DNA of 64,000 nucleotides, taken from NCBI RefSeq assembly GCF_009914755.1, contig NC_060934.1. One strand, 5' to 3'. The notes under the pieces were generated by a model. It ran no database searches and was not told where the DNA came from. It saw only the letters and a list, made by a program, of their open reading frames with translations. The position numbers and the translations under genes are program-made. The stretch is from the human T2T-CHM13v2.0 reference genome, Homo sapiens. Below, piece by piece: positions 1 to 16,721 of this stretch. Positions within the stretch are counted from its first letter, which is position 1, and each line of letters begins with the position of its first letter.

Positions 1-1489
1 ACAATCTGAGGAAAAAAAGTCAAACAATGTTGATTATACAGCTTCATATACACTAACCTTTTCTAACTTAATGTTTACATGCCATTTATTAAGGTAAATT
101 AAGAAGTTATTTAATTAAGCATATAACATTTTGAAGAGAGGGTTAAAATTTTCTGTCAAGAACTTACCTCTACCTACACTTGCTCAAGAGGTAGCATTAC
201 AGCCAAAACTCTGAAGACATTGGAATGGCCTGAGATACTCCACTTAGCTCAAACACAAAAACTATCTATTTCCCTTATTTATTGGCTCAAAAGACAAATA
301 TCATCTTAAATGTTTCATGGTGTTCCACAAGAAAATGAAAGAGGAAGTAACCAATAGTAGAACAGTTATGCCTGAAGAATACTTCCTTCTCATGAAGACC
401 CAGGACTACTTTACTAAGAAGAAAGTTGATCCCAAAACTCTAATTTGGCTTTCTATTCTGAACCTCTCCACTCCTCATATCCCTGTCTCCTTATTGAGAC
501 CTCAAATCCCTTGCCCCTCTCATTTTCTATTAGCAACCTCCTTCCCAAAACCTTTATTTCTTTCCCTTTCCAACTCAATTCCCATTCTGGATTAACCCAT
601 CTTTCTATTCCTATACCATAAAATTCATGACCTTCAACCTCAAAAAGAATTTCTCTGCTAATATTCCTCTTATGTGCTCCTTAGTCTCATGCCTCTCCCA
701 TTCCCTAATAGGCTCTTCCCAAGCCCGTGCCTGTCACAATGCTCAGTGAAGTACCTCACATCACCACTTAAAAATGAGACCATTCCCAGTCTGTCTGAAT
801 CAGCACTGTACCTTCCATGGTACAGTGTGTGTGAAATTTATCTTTTTCCTAAAGCTAATTTCTCAATCTATTCTAGGGAACTGATTAATTTCCATTTTAG
901 ATTCATCTTGACAACCGTTTACACTATTTCCCCTATATCTTCAAGACTACTGGGCTTGGTAAGGAGCCAGCCAACTATTAAAAAGATTACATTCTCATTT
1001 TCTAACTATATTCAGGCTTCTTGAATGACTCTGACCCTGTCCGTAATATGGCATGTTCTTTCCTAACTGGGCACAAGAGTTTAGATTATCTTCAGCTAGT
1101 TTTCAGTATATAAAGGAATACACCTCCATGGTTCAATCAGGAAAGAGGACTTCTACAGGATTCTACTAAGGATCAATCTGGTTCTCAAATGTTACAGGTC
1201 TTCTTTTTGGCACAGAAAAGATATTTAACAGTGGTGCACAGGCCTGTCTTAAAAATCCTACTAGAGATATTCTCACCTCCATTACCCCTTTGTTTTCAAG
1301 ATAAAGAGAGTTTCCGGGAAGATATTCACAACAGAAGAGGATATTTTTGAAGTGTTACTTTAAAGGAAGGTAAAATGGGTTTAGGCAACTTATTTTGAAG
1401 CTAAGCCAATGTAAGAATTCTAAAATAAATTGAGGGCATGTCACATCTTTAACAGATGCTCACCTGGGGAGAAAATGTCTGCAATATCT

Positions 1490-2040
1490 AAAATGTAGGG
1501 GATTATTAGATTTTTCAAACTCTTATAAATCAGCAAGAAAATGACAGAAAATATTAAGATTACCAAAAGACTTTAATGAAATCTGAACAGTTATTGAGTA
1601 CAAAAGACATGTTCAACCTCACTAGAAATCAAATAAACTCAAATACCTTTATATCTTTATGCACACACAACAGCAATGAGTGCCTAAGTCTACTAAGACA
1701 TGCACAAGAATGTTCCCGTTAGTAAAAAACTGAAAACCCAAAGGCTTATCTACAATAAATAATAAAGGATATACTGATACATTCACACAATGGAGTATTA
1801 TACGACGATGAAAAAAACAACTACATCCAACATGAGTAAATAATACAGACAGAATCTTCACTGAAAGAAAACAGATACAAAAAAGTATACGTATATAACG
1901 TTCAAGAACAGGCAAATTTATGGAGAAGGCATTCAGTAAGGTGTTTATCTTTGGGGGTTGTAATACTGAATGCGAGTGAGCACATGGAAGAAACTAGGGT
2001 TCTGGAAATGAACTGTATATTAATTTGGATAGTGCTTAGT
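1490..2040 (+). mobile_element. Old L1 (L1ME-like) 3' fragment
   Basis: Degenerate L1 3' motifs (acaagaatgttc, attcacacaatggagtatta, gggttctggaaatg); boundaries approximate. Confidence 0.6.
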
Positions 2041-2545
2041 TTTACCTTTCATATCTAAATTCATAAATACTTAAGTGAAGGTATTCATAATAGATACCCA
2101 AATTAAGAAAGTTCAAAGTTCATTTTCTTGCTTAGGTTTAAAATTTCCAATATTTATCACAAAATAAATAAGCAGGTAGGATCAAGTTTTTAGAGTAGAA
2201 TTTTGCAGGTAATTTTAAATCTCAAGCCCTATGAAGGTTACTAAAAAAAAAAAAATTCCTAAAATAGAAACATTAAAAAGGAGAAATAAGATATTTACTT
2301 CACAAAATTACTCCTTTGGGGTCTTGCAGTATGATATATATGAGTTACTGCTCAGAATATATAGACTGTCCTCCTATCCTGTGCACTGGGATGATCACTA
2401 CCACTTCTTCAAATCCAGCTAAAAGCATCATGGCCTCAATGAAGCCTACTCCAGCCAGAACTGTTCATGTGCCTCCTCTCTGCTCATGTCCTATATATTA
2501 CCTAAGCAGAGCTCACCAACAATATTTTTCATCAACAGCTTAGAG

Positions 2546-2830
2546 CAGCGCTGCCAAATAAAAATACCATGTCGGTCATGTAAGTAATTTAAAATTTTCT
2601 TAGTAGCCACTTTTAAAATAGGAAAAAGGTGAAATCAGTCAATTTTATTTAACCCGATACATCCAAAATATCACTGCAGTATACAATCAATATAAAAAAT
2701 TACGGAGATTTTCTTTTCCATGCTCAGTCTTAGAAATCTGTGGCATATTTTATATTTGCAGAACATCACAATTCAGACTACCCACATTTCAAAGATTAAT
2801 AGCCACATGTGGCTACAGGCTGCTGTACTA
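2546..2830 (-). mobile_element. MER33 (hAT-Charlie MITE)
   Basis: cagcgctg terminus, tagccacatgtggcta palindrome, aatttaaaattttct-agtagccac resemble recalled consensus. Confidence 0.7.
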
Positions 2831-2869
2831 TTTAATAAAAAGTGCATATCTAGAGTCTAGCCCCTTGCT

Positions 2870-3020
2870 TTATAAAGTGTGATCTACCATCCAGCAGCAT
2901 CAGCATCACCTGGGATCTTGTTAGAAATGTAGAAAGGCAGCCCATCTCAGAACTACTAGAAGAAATAAATTTAACAGGATACCCAGGATTGGAATGCATA
3001 GCAAAGACTGAGAAGCAGTA
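2870..3020. mobile_element. MER5-family hAT element
   Basis: ccagcagcatcagcatcacctgggatcttgttagaaatg motif. Confidence 0.7.
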
Positions 3021-3155
3021 AATTAAATCACATATAGCTTGGGAGTCTTACCGAATTGCTATTGCCATTCAACTATGATATGGTATTATCCCACTGACCA
3101 ATATGGAACACTGTATTTAAATAACAATAGTTTTTCTATGAATCATGTTTTCTCT

Positions 3156-3346
3156 ACACTGTCCAATGCAATTTTCTACAATGATGAAAATCTTCACATA
3201 TGTGCTGCACAAAATGGCAGCCACTTGCCACAGGTGGCTGTTGAGCACTTGAAATGTATCTGGAGCAAATGAGAAATTGCATTTTAATTTAATTAATTTT
3301 AATTGATTTAAACATGTGGCAAATGACTATCATACTACATAGCACA
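3156..3346 (+). mobile_element. MER3 (hAT-Charlie MITE)
   Basis: ctgtccaat...gtggctgttgagcacttgaaatgt. Confidence 0.7.
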
Positions 3347-3615
3347 ACTCCAGGGGAATTGGTTACTATGTCACAGTGTCATCTCTAGGAGAATCCTTAG
3401 GACAAATTTGGAAAGTTCTAGTCAAGATAATTCTTTTGATTAACTGTACTTCTTCTGTTTTTTTAATTTTATGAAGTCATATTTACCATCTTACACTGGC
3501 TAAGGGCAAATTTGCATCTTACCTCTAAGGAAGCATAATAAAAGTTACAACACATGCTTTGTGTGTATTAATATTATTCCAGCTTATCATCAATTAAAAA
3601 TACCAATATCTAGAC

Positions 3616-3722
3616 CTGTACAGGTTTTTTAATTCTCTGAGAAGGACCTGGATACTCTGGAGAATACAAATCTGTGAGGAATAATGAGTTGATTAATGTC
3701 AACTTTCCCAGTCCAGATTCGT
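3616..3722 (-). pseudogene. SEPTIN7P: SEPTIN7 pseudogene exon (unprocessed, G1/P-loop exon)
   Basis: Translates [35 protein letters not shown] vs recalled SEPT7 [35 protein letters not shown]; minus-strand acceptor ttcttttAG (plus CT 3723-3724) and donor GT (plus AC 3614-3615); 107 bp. Confidence 0.92.
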
Positions 3723-4799
3723 CTAAAAGAAATAAGGGAAAATATCTGTTAAACTCACCCACTTTACCCAACCTTAAATATTCAACAGATGCTGTAATTG
3801 AACTTGCTTTATGCAAGTATTTCTTGGTGAGACAATGAAATGACATTAGAAAATATGCTACAAAGAATAAGTATCTTGTCCTCAGTTTCTTAGCTATCAA
3901 ATTAAACTCACGTTTCCAAGGATTCTTTTCAGCCTTCTAATTATACCACTTATATTCATTAAAAGTAATGTATCTAATAATTACATTTTTAACAGTAATG
4001 TATTCCCAAAGAAAAAAGTCAGTCATTATTTAAAAATCCAAGTTGGATTATATATCACTGCTTCAGTGAAATAAAGTTTTTCTTTATTAATAGACAATAA
4101 TGAATGAATAATAAACAAGAAATCATGCAGCTATAAAAAGCAAAAATCTGCTAATACAAAGAATAATTAATCACAATGAACATCTCTGTATAAAATTCAA
4201 AATCACAAAAAATACTTTCTAATTTCGCCGCCCATCAGCCTAAATATAAGGGTGATTCTCCACAAACCAGAATCCAAAAAAATCTTAGGTAATTACTTTT
4301 TCTACCACTTCTACTCAAGGTAGGAGGTAGACACGAAGGAAGCTAGGGCATGATTTCTACTCTGACCACATACTCTTTTTTGACTCTCCGTGTTTAGTCC
4401 AATATACATAGTCCAGTGTATAGTAATTATTACAAGTATACCAAAATATAAATGGCTTCAAGGTATATATAACCTAAGGTTAAAACAAATTATAAATCAG
4501 ATTATGATAATTAACATGGCACAGAGTTAAAGTATTTATTGTTAATAACTCACTTAGCATAATAGGCATGTTTAGCCTAAGTAACTGGTGTCACAATATT
4601 TTTATGCCTAGGAGGAATTCTTTTTATATAGCTCTCAAAAGAGATAAGATTCTCTCCACGTGGTTTGGGCTTACTCCTTTGACTGAGAGCATGCCACTTT
4701 TTACTAGAGGTTGATGTATGACTCAACTTAGAGTTGAGGATGAAAAGTGGGGATCATAGCACCTGCCTATACCCTGGTACAGATCATATGATGTTGATT

Positions 4800-6316
<1,517 letters not shown>

Positions 6317-6439
6317 ACAGATTATATTTTCAAAAAGATGTTTTCTTTGTTTCCTAGCCCCTTCTACCCCGCTACAAAGTTTCAAAGACTTAATGCTATT
6401 ACAAAGGGCCGTCAGAGGTCAAGCTCAGGGTTGCAGCTC

Positions 6440-7300
6440 CCTCATGCCGGGCAGCCTCAGAGGGGCCGACCCTACCCAGGATGAGCAGCGCCAGATAGCC
6501 GGGGACGCTCCCGGGGATCCACGGGCCCTGGCTGGGGGAGGCGTTGTGGGGCGCACGTACACAGGCTCAAGTGAGGCGAGTGGGCGGCCGGGGCTGCAGC
6601 TGGTGCTGGCCATTGAGGAGCTTCTGCGCGACAGTGCGATCGGTTGCACCTTCTGCGACAGGTGCCGGCCGGTTGGCGCGCAGCGCCTGCTAGCGCAGAG
6701 TCTGGCCCTTGCTGCGCCCGGCCCCGAAGACCGGGAAGTCGTAAAGCTCCTCATCGCAGCTTATGTGTGGCGGCGGCCGGGCCGAAGCCTAGCGACACAG
6801 AACTGCCAGCTCAGCAGCCGGTTACATCTCGCCCGGCAACCCATAGGCAGCGTCCGCTCATGCGCGCTCCTGGAAGACCCAGCAGCCCCGCCATGAGTTC
6901 CGATTGGCTCCGCGTGAGTGGCGGTCCCCTGTGACGTCGCAAGGGCGCGCCTTCCGCGGCGCCGCAAGGGCGCGCCTTCCGCGGCGCCGCAAGGGCGCGC
7001 CTTCCGCGGCGCCGCAAGGGCGCGCCTTCCCCGGCGCCGCAAGGGCGCGCCTTCCCCGGCGCCGCAAGGGCGCGCCTTCCCCGGCGCCGCAAGGGCGCGC
7101 CTTCCCCGGCGCCGCAAGGGCGCGCCTTCCCCGGCGCCGCAAGGGCGCGCCTTCCCCGGCGCCGCAAGGGCGCGCCTTCGCCGACACCATAGAGGTGGGC
7201 CTTTGGCGAGTCACAGGCGCGGGTGTTCGGCTACGTCACTGGGGCGCTACGGTGCCTGGAGCTGGGCAGTCTTCTCGTCAGAGTGGGGACTGGTAAGAGC
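6440..7300. promoter_or_regulatory. CpG island / probable bidirectional promoter
   Basis: Very CpG-dense; CCAAT on minus (attgg 6903-6907), CRE-like TGACGTCG 6932-6939, NRF1-like gctcatgcgc ~6856-6865; lies between divergent SEPTIN7P and GTF2IP exons. Confidence 0.8.
6931..7180 (+). repeat. 25-bp GC-rich tandem repeat, 10 units
   Basis: Unit (G/C)CGGCGCCGCAAGGGCGCGCCTTCC; unit 1 starts GTGACGTCGC, units 2-4 G-type, units 5-10 C-type. Confidence 0.97.
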
Positions 7301-7567
7301 GACCTCACCGCCAGGTCCTGTGTGTTGCCGGCTGAAGAAGGGTAGCTGAAAAATTCAGACCCAGCACAGTGTTTATGTTGGTCAAAAATAGAAAACTATG
7401 TCTGCCGCGGCCGAGGCAGGAGGACCCTTCAGGCCAAGAGCAGCCTAGCAACATGGCGCAACCCCATCTCTGTAGTCCTACCTCAGCCCCCCAGCTACTT
7501 GAACCCAAAGGTTCAAGGCTCCAGTGAGCTATGATCCCACCACAGCATTCCAGCCTGCGAGATTGAG
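7181..7567 (+). ncRNA. Candidate first exon of plus-strand chimeric lncRNA
   Basis: Follows promoter; donors tg|GTAAGA (7293) and ag|GTAAAC (7568); start approximate. Confidence 0.45.
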
Positions 7568-7639
7568 GTAAACCGTGTCTAAAAAAATTAAAAAAACTAT
7601 CCAAGTGTGCAACAGGGAGGGACTGCTAAATAAAACATG

Positions 7640-7950
7640 AGGCTGGCTGGGCCCTACTGTAATCCCAGCACTTTGGGAGGCCAAAGCGGGAGGATGGATG
7701 GCTTGGGCTCAGGAGTTCGAGACCAGCCTGGGCAACATGACGAAACCCCGTCTCTACAAAAGATACAAAAATTAGCCGGGTGCTGTGTGCACCTGGCCTA
7801 ATTTTTGTATTTTTTTCTAGAGATGGGGTGGGCGGGGGGTCTCGCTATGTTGCCCGGGCCAGTTTCGAACTCCTGAGTTGTAGCGATCTTCTCAGCTTGG
7901 CCATCAGAGTTGTCGGGATTACAGGCGTGAGGGACAGCGCCCCACCTGGG
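7640..7950. mobile_element. Tail-to-tail pair of Alu left arms
   Basis: Plus arm 7640-7785 followed directly by minus arm 7790-7950. Confidence 0.85.
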
Positions 7951-7982
7951 TTAGGCTACTTAATAACATAAGAAAGTGCTCC

Positions 7983-8462
<480 letters not shown>

Positions 8463-9224
8463 AGCTAGCTAGCTAGCTAGATAATTGATATGTAGTTTTG
8501 TATCAAATTTTTTCCCTAGATTTGAGCATGTTTTTCTAAAGTAGCATTCAACACATCAGCATTTTACAGTGTTATTATTTGTTAATATGATTATGTTTTT
8601 CTGAAATACAGTGTCCTTTACAAAAGCAGTTTTGTCGTTCAAAGCACATAGATAAGGCCCTCAAGTGAATTTGTCTGATGTTGGCGACCTTGGTACCATT
8701 TTGTCCACTTGATTGGAAAAGCCAGTCAATAATTTCAGGTCACTGTTGGCCTTAGAAGAAGAGCCCAAAGGCAACAAGCAAAGGCGCTGGTGTCCAGTCA
8801 CCTTCTAGAAGCATTTTCACTTTCCCTTAAGGTTTCCCTTGATGAACATAGAAGTACTGTATGTAGAATTGACCCAGTGCTGCCCTGGCAACTTTGTATA
8901 TTAGGCCAAATTTACATTTCTTACCTTTATGAGAGGCACCCTGGTAGGCTAGTGGAGTTACCCACAAAGTCTGATCTCAGCTGCACTGTCCAGAGATGCA
9001 ACACGGTCCAATCAAATAACATTCTCTGAGCCCGTTTCTTTAGCTGTGAAAGAAGAATAACATACCCATCTAAAAAGGCAGCTTATTGTATTTGATTGGT
9101 CTTTTATTTTCTATGAAACTGTGTTTAACACAGTAATTATTTTCATTTGTGTACTACATTTGTGTTGTGTTTTTGGTTTTAGTTTTGTTTTTGAAATGGA
9201 GTCTTTTTTTTAGTGGTTTTTTGT

Positions 9225-9541
<317 letters not shown>

Positions 9542-9553
9542 TAAGGGTTTCTT

Positions 9554-9874
<321 letters not shown>

Positions 9875-9962
9875 TTATAGATGATGTGTAAGCAGCAATC
9901 TTAATAGGATGTTACCCGACACTTTGCGAGACTGGCAGCTGATTTCATCCAGATGTCTCTAA

Positions 9963-10296
<334 letters not shown>

Positions 10297-10496
10297 CAGA
10301 TGTCTCTATTTCTAACATGAGATGTATTGCAGGATCATAGCAGAGTGAGTTGCTGATGTATCCAGAAGGAAACGAGCATGGAACTCTCATGACAGCTGTC
10401 CTGAGAAGTGTGTGTGTGCTGTGCTTGAATATCTCACTGCTCATTTATACACAGGCTTTCTGGTGACTGAGTTAACAGTATCTGTTTCATAAATAA

Positions 10497-11128
<632 letters not shown>

Positions 11129-11647
11129 AGCTCTATTTCTTTAAGCCTACATGTTTTGCACTTGTTAAAAGTATTTGAACATACAATTACTCAGCTTCCC
11201 TTGTTTACGTGTGAATTTTGTATAATCTTAAATATTTTTTCCAATCTAAGCTTTATTTTATCCCGTTTCTTCTATATTTGTATAACTTTAGGCGGCTATC
11301 TTCATTGAAAGTTTTTTCTCAAAAGCCTTAAGATAGAACATAGTTCTTGGCAGCAATTTGAAAGTTATTTGAGGAGAAGGGGAGACTTACAATGATGATT
11401 CAAATGAAGGAAACTAAAAAGTAATGAAGCAAGGCAGAGGAAAAAGCAGTATTCACTTGAGTACATCCCAAAAGAATAACATTTCAAATGTAACTAGAAA
11501 AAAGTATGCTGAAGTTCGCAATACAGAAATAATTATTAATAAGATAGCTTTAAAGCCCTGCTCAGCTTTTGAATGTTGGGAATTGACCCAGAGGTGGCTG
11601 TAACCTAAGATGGTTCCTTCAGTAATGACCATTTTTTCTTTTTCAAG

Positions 11648-11757
11648 ATGATGATTATTCCCCACCTTCTAAGAGACAAAGACCAACGATCCACCACAGC
11701 CACCAGTCCCAGAACCCGCCAATGCTGGGGAATGGAAAATGAGGGAGTTCAACTCTG
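11648..11757 (+). pseudogene. GTF2IP: GTF2I pseudogene exon ([10 protein letters not shown]...[12 protein letters not shown]), frameshifted
   Basis: ttttcaAG|...|GTAAG; matches recalled GTF2I [37 protein letters not shown] with a frameshift after KR; 110 bp. Confidence 0.92.
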
Positions 11758-12819
11758 GTAAGGTCTCAGCGAAATCCATGACCTTTTCCTTTATCTTCTG
11801 GACTCTCAGTGTGACTGATGAAAGTTATCACAGGCTCTGCAGGGGGAAATGGTTTAGCATGTGTTACTACATCTTAATCACATCTTTGTAAAGCCGGGAG
11901 CATTTTACAAGTCACGTTACAGACATTGTTTAAACATAGTCTGTATTTACCAAAGTATAGGACATTGTATCATCTCATATTAATTAGTTGGCTCAAAATT
12001 AGTGCTAATGACTTAGTAATTCAGTGATTTCTGTCAGCTTTAAAACCTTTGTTTCAGAACTATTTCACCTCTTGGTTTTCATTTTTGCTGTGTGTCACTG
12101 CCTGCCGGCTGCTAATTTATTAACTCCCAGTGAATCATGTGTCCTGTGAAGGGACTGAATATTAGTGGCAATCTATGTTGATGATTTGTATTTTGAATAA
12201 ATAGTTTGAATACATAGAACATTAAGCTTGTATACATTTTGAAAATAGTATTTTAATATTCTACTGTGTCATAGTTACAATGATTGGATATATATTGAAT
12301 TTATATGTACTTTAAGTTGTTATGTGTTTATGGTCTTTAGCATTCTAACGTGCAATTGTATATCTGTTAAGTCTTTTTTTTTTTCAAGATTAGACTGATT
12401 TATTGAGGCATCTGTTTGATGCCACATTAAGTGGCCCAGGCTTTGTGTAGGGGTTGAGGTTAAAGCAGGAAGAAGGGTGGTGAGAGGCGGGGTACCAGGA
12501 TTAGGTTGGAATACCTGGGGGTGCTCTGAGGCTCCCCAAGTTTCCCTGGTCTTGGCCGGCTGTGCTGCTGGCCTGGGCATCTGATGGGCCTGCAAGGGTG
12601 GTCCAGGGGCTAGGGCAGGGACTTTGGAGTCACGCCGTTGGCTTTGAATCCAGACTCCTACACTTGGTAGCTGTGAACTCTCCATGCCTCAGGGACCTGC
12701 AGAACTGAGCTCTGTCTGAGCCAGGTTCCATCCAGGCACTGCGGATCCATCCAGAGGGGCACTGCCTCAGGTTGCTCGCTGTTCACTGCCTTCTCAAGCA
12801 GACCCTTGTCTCCTTCTAG

Positions 12820-12951
12820 GCCCTCACAATCCAGTGGAGGAGACGAAACTCATCTGCCTCTGTCCCTCTGGGCACGCCTCATGCCAGGTGCATCTGTGGA
12901 CAGGGGCCATGCTCCTGGGCTTCCAAAGTTGGAGAAAGCTGCCAGGCTCAG
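12820..12951 (+). ncRNA. Candidate lncRNA exon (132 bp) inside the retro-insert
   Basis: tctccttctAG|...ctcag|GTGGGT. Confidence 0.6.
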
Positions 12952-14269
12952 GTGGGTACATCACAGCAGCTGCTGCCCTCTGAACACAGTGACAAAAGAA
13001 CACTCTGGGCCTGGAGCCCTGGTCTGGGGCATTGGGCAAGGCTGTTGCACTTCTCTGATCCCATTTCCCCATCTGGAAAGTGCGCTGATTGTATCTCCCT
13101 GTGGGCACTGAGGGCTCAGTGTTAGTTTGAGAGCCAGCATCTGGGATTTGGGCTATAATTCCCCGTCAGCCCCATAGCTGCAGGGAACCAGGGACTTTGT
13201 TGGGATTACCCTAGGCATCAGTTTAGCTTCCTGCCCCTGGCTTGGGCTCAGCACCTGAAGTATTGTAGGGGGTAGGTAGTCCTGGTGGGGGCTGGGGCTT
13301 TTACTCAGACTGAGGTCACACCCAGAGCCAGAAGTCTTGGTGCCTGCTCTGGGCAAAGTTGCCAGCCTGTGCGACAAGAGCGAAACTCCGTCTCCAAAAC
13401 AAAAACAAAAAACCTTGTATCATTTCCAGGGGCTCACATCTCCCTAAGGGCCTGGTAATTGGCTGGCTCTGGCCTCCATCTGGCCCTGAGGGTGTAGGTA
13501 ACACCCCACCTTACCTGGTTTCTTCCTGCCAGGGCCAATCTTCAGACTTCAGGACTTTGCAGCCTATCCCACCTCCCCTCTGGCCAGCCTTGAGCCCTTG
13601 TGGGTCCAGCACTTTTTCCAGGCTGTCTCCTGGTTGTCCTTCTGCCTCGAGGCCTGGCTCATGCTGCTCCCCCTCCCACTCTCCAAGACCCACAAGGACC
13701 ACTCCACACCCAGCTCAGCCCCTCCCCTCAGATAGTCCTTTCTCTTTCCTCAGGTGGCCAGGTGCATATCTTGTGTGAGGACCTTCACTGTATCTGGGAA
13801 TGCCTACTGGTTACCTCGGTAACAGAGAACAAGGCATTTACCTGATATGAGTGTCTTGGTTCACTGTCTACATGGCTAGGGAGGGAGTCAATAATAGGCT
13901 TTTCACTTGCTGCAAGGGCCAGTTCTCCTGGCCCCATGGCTCTAGGGATGGAGGACGCTGCAGGAGATGCGCCGCTCACTTCCCAGCTGAGGACTGTGGG
14001 TCATCTCAGGGCGATTTCACAGTCCCCACATGCCCCACCCCCTCAGCTCTGCAAATACCAAGCAGTGCAGCCTGCCTAGGGGATGATGGGCTCGAGAGTG
14101 CCCAGGTAGTGCCCAGAGTGCCCTTGGCAGGCCCCTCACCTAGCTGCTTCCACAGCTCTGTAGCAAGAGTTCTAACCTTTTTTGACCGTGAAGCCTGCTG
14201 AGAATAAGAGCTGTGGACTGTTTTCCCAGAAAGGCATGTACATGCTCTCCACACAAAACCTTTCATCGT

Positions 14270-14570
<301 letters not shown>

Positions 14571-15360
14571 CCTTGCATCCTTTCAGGGGGCTCACACCTC
14601 CCTAAGGGCCCAGTAATTAAACCCTTTGGGCCTGAGGGTGAGAAACTTTGTCTGAGTTCTTCCCCGAGTGATCAGCCCAGGGGTAAGGAAGGAGAAGCCA
14701 GAAAGCAGGACCCATGAGAAGGGCCCCCTCCTGGAGTTTGAGGCCCACTCCCTCCTGCCCCTGCCTCTCCTCTGTCCAGGACTCCTCCCTGCTCTGCCCC
14801 ACTCCTGGGGCCATAACCATGGGGAGCTGTGGTTTTCTACAGGCCCCTGGGCACAAAGTGGGCAGGCTCACCTGGAGGCGAGCAGAGTAACATGGCAGGA
14901 AGTGAGGGGGAAAGCCGCCCTGGAACTGCGCCTCTCTGCCCCCTGATGTCACTGGCGTGCACTCCTCCCTCCCGTCACTCAGGCAGTGGCATGAGTTCCA
15001 TGGGAGCGCTGTCCTGCTCCCTCTGCTGCCTCTTTTTTTTCTTGGGGCTGCCATAACACTTTCCCTTCCCCAGCCCTGCCAACCTGGTGGGACATTGGGC
15101 TTCCCTCTCACAGGGTCCTGGGGACAGGCCCATCCTTTATCATACCCACAGAGAGACCCTTTTTTTCTTCAGGACCTGGGGAGCAGCCAGGTTCCATGAG
15201 TTAAATGCAGATCTGAACCAAGCTGGGATTGGGGTACACACTCTCCTCTACTGAAAAGTAGCTAGGGATTCCAACTAGGTGAGAAGGAGAGTGGGGCAGA
15301 GCCACACCAAACAAGGACTGATCACCTGGAAAAAGCCTACCATCAAAGGTCTTGGCAAAT

Positions 15361-16134
<774 letters not shown>

Positions 16135-16167
16135 CCCTTCAGGGGTGTTTTGAGGCTTCACTACAAT

Positions 16168-16595
16168 ACTAGTTTCCTGTGGCTGCTGCAACAAATTACC
16201 ACACACTTAGTGACTTAAAACAACCAAAATGTATTCCTTTACAGGTCTGAAGGCCAGAATTCTACAGTAAGTCCTACTGAGTCAAGGTGGGAGCAGGGTC
16301 GGTGGCTTCCGAGGCTCTGCGGGAGAATCCGTTTCCTGGCCGTAGAGGTGGCCTGCACTCCTCAGCTTGTGCTGCCCGTCTCGAATGACTGGAGTTTCCT
16401 GCTTCTGTCACTACACCTCCCACCCTCTCCATCACCTGCTCTGCTCTTATAAGGATCCGAGTGAGTACATCAACCGCAAAAGCCAAAGACCCTTTAACTT
16501 CATTATATCTGCAAAGCCCCTTTTGCCATATAAAGTCATGTTCACCAGTTCCCGGGATTAGGATATGGGCATCTTGGGGGCATCAGCCTGCTACA
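16168..16595 (-). mobile_element. MLT1 (ERVL-MaLR) LTR
   Basis: gctgc-aacaaattaccaca-acttagtgacttaaaacaac...atctgcaaagcccctttt. Confidence 0.75.
16245..16460 (+). ncRNA. Candidate lncRNA exon (216 bp) exonised from antisense MLT1
   Basis: ttcctttacAG|...ccga|GTGAGT. Confidence 0.6.
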
Positions 16596-16721
16596 GCTAG
16601 GCTGCAAAACTGTTACACCCTCCTGGTGTTTCAATGATTGGGAGAAAAAGGGTTGGCATTTTTTGCTTAGGGATCCTTCTTAAACTTGTATCTGTAAGGT
16701 CGGGGGTCCCTCTTAACCTTG

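Noticed and set aside
430-960. Possible L2 fragment
   Set aside because: Too degenerate to support without a repeat-library search.
6931-7180. CRISPR-like array or subtelomeric TERRA 29-bp repeat
   Set aside because: No spacers, primate DNA, different unit length and sequence, no TTAGGG tracts.
6761-7349. Arg/Ala/Gly-rich ORFs on both strands
   Set aside because: Translations of the stop-free 25-bp repeat; no coding evidence.
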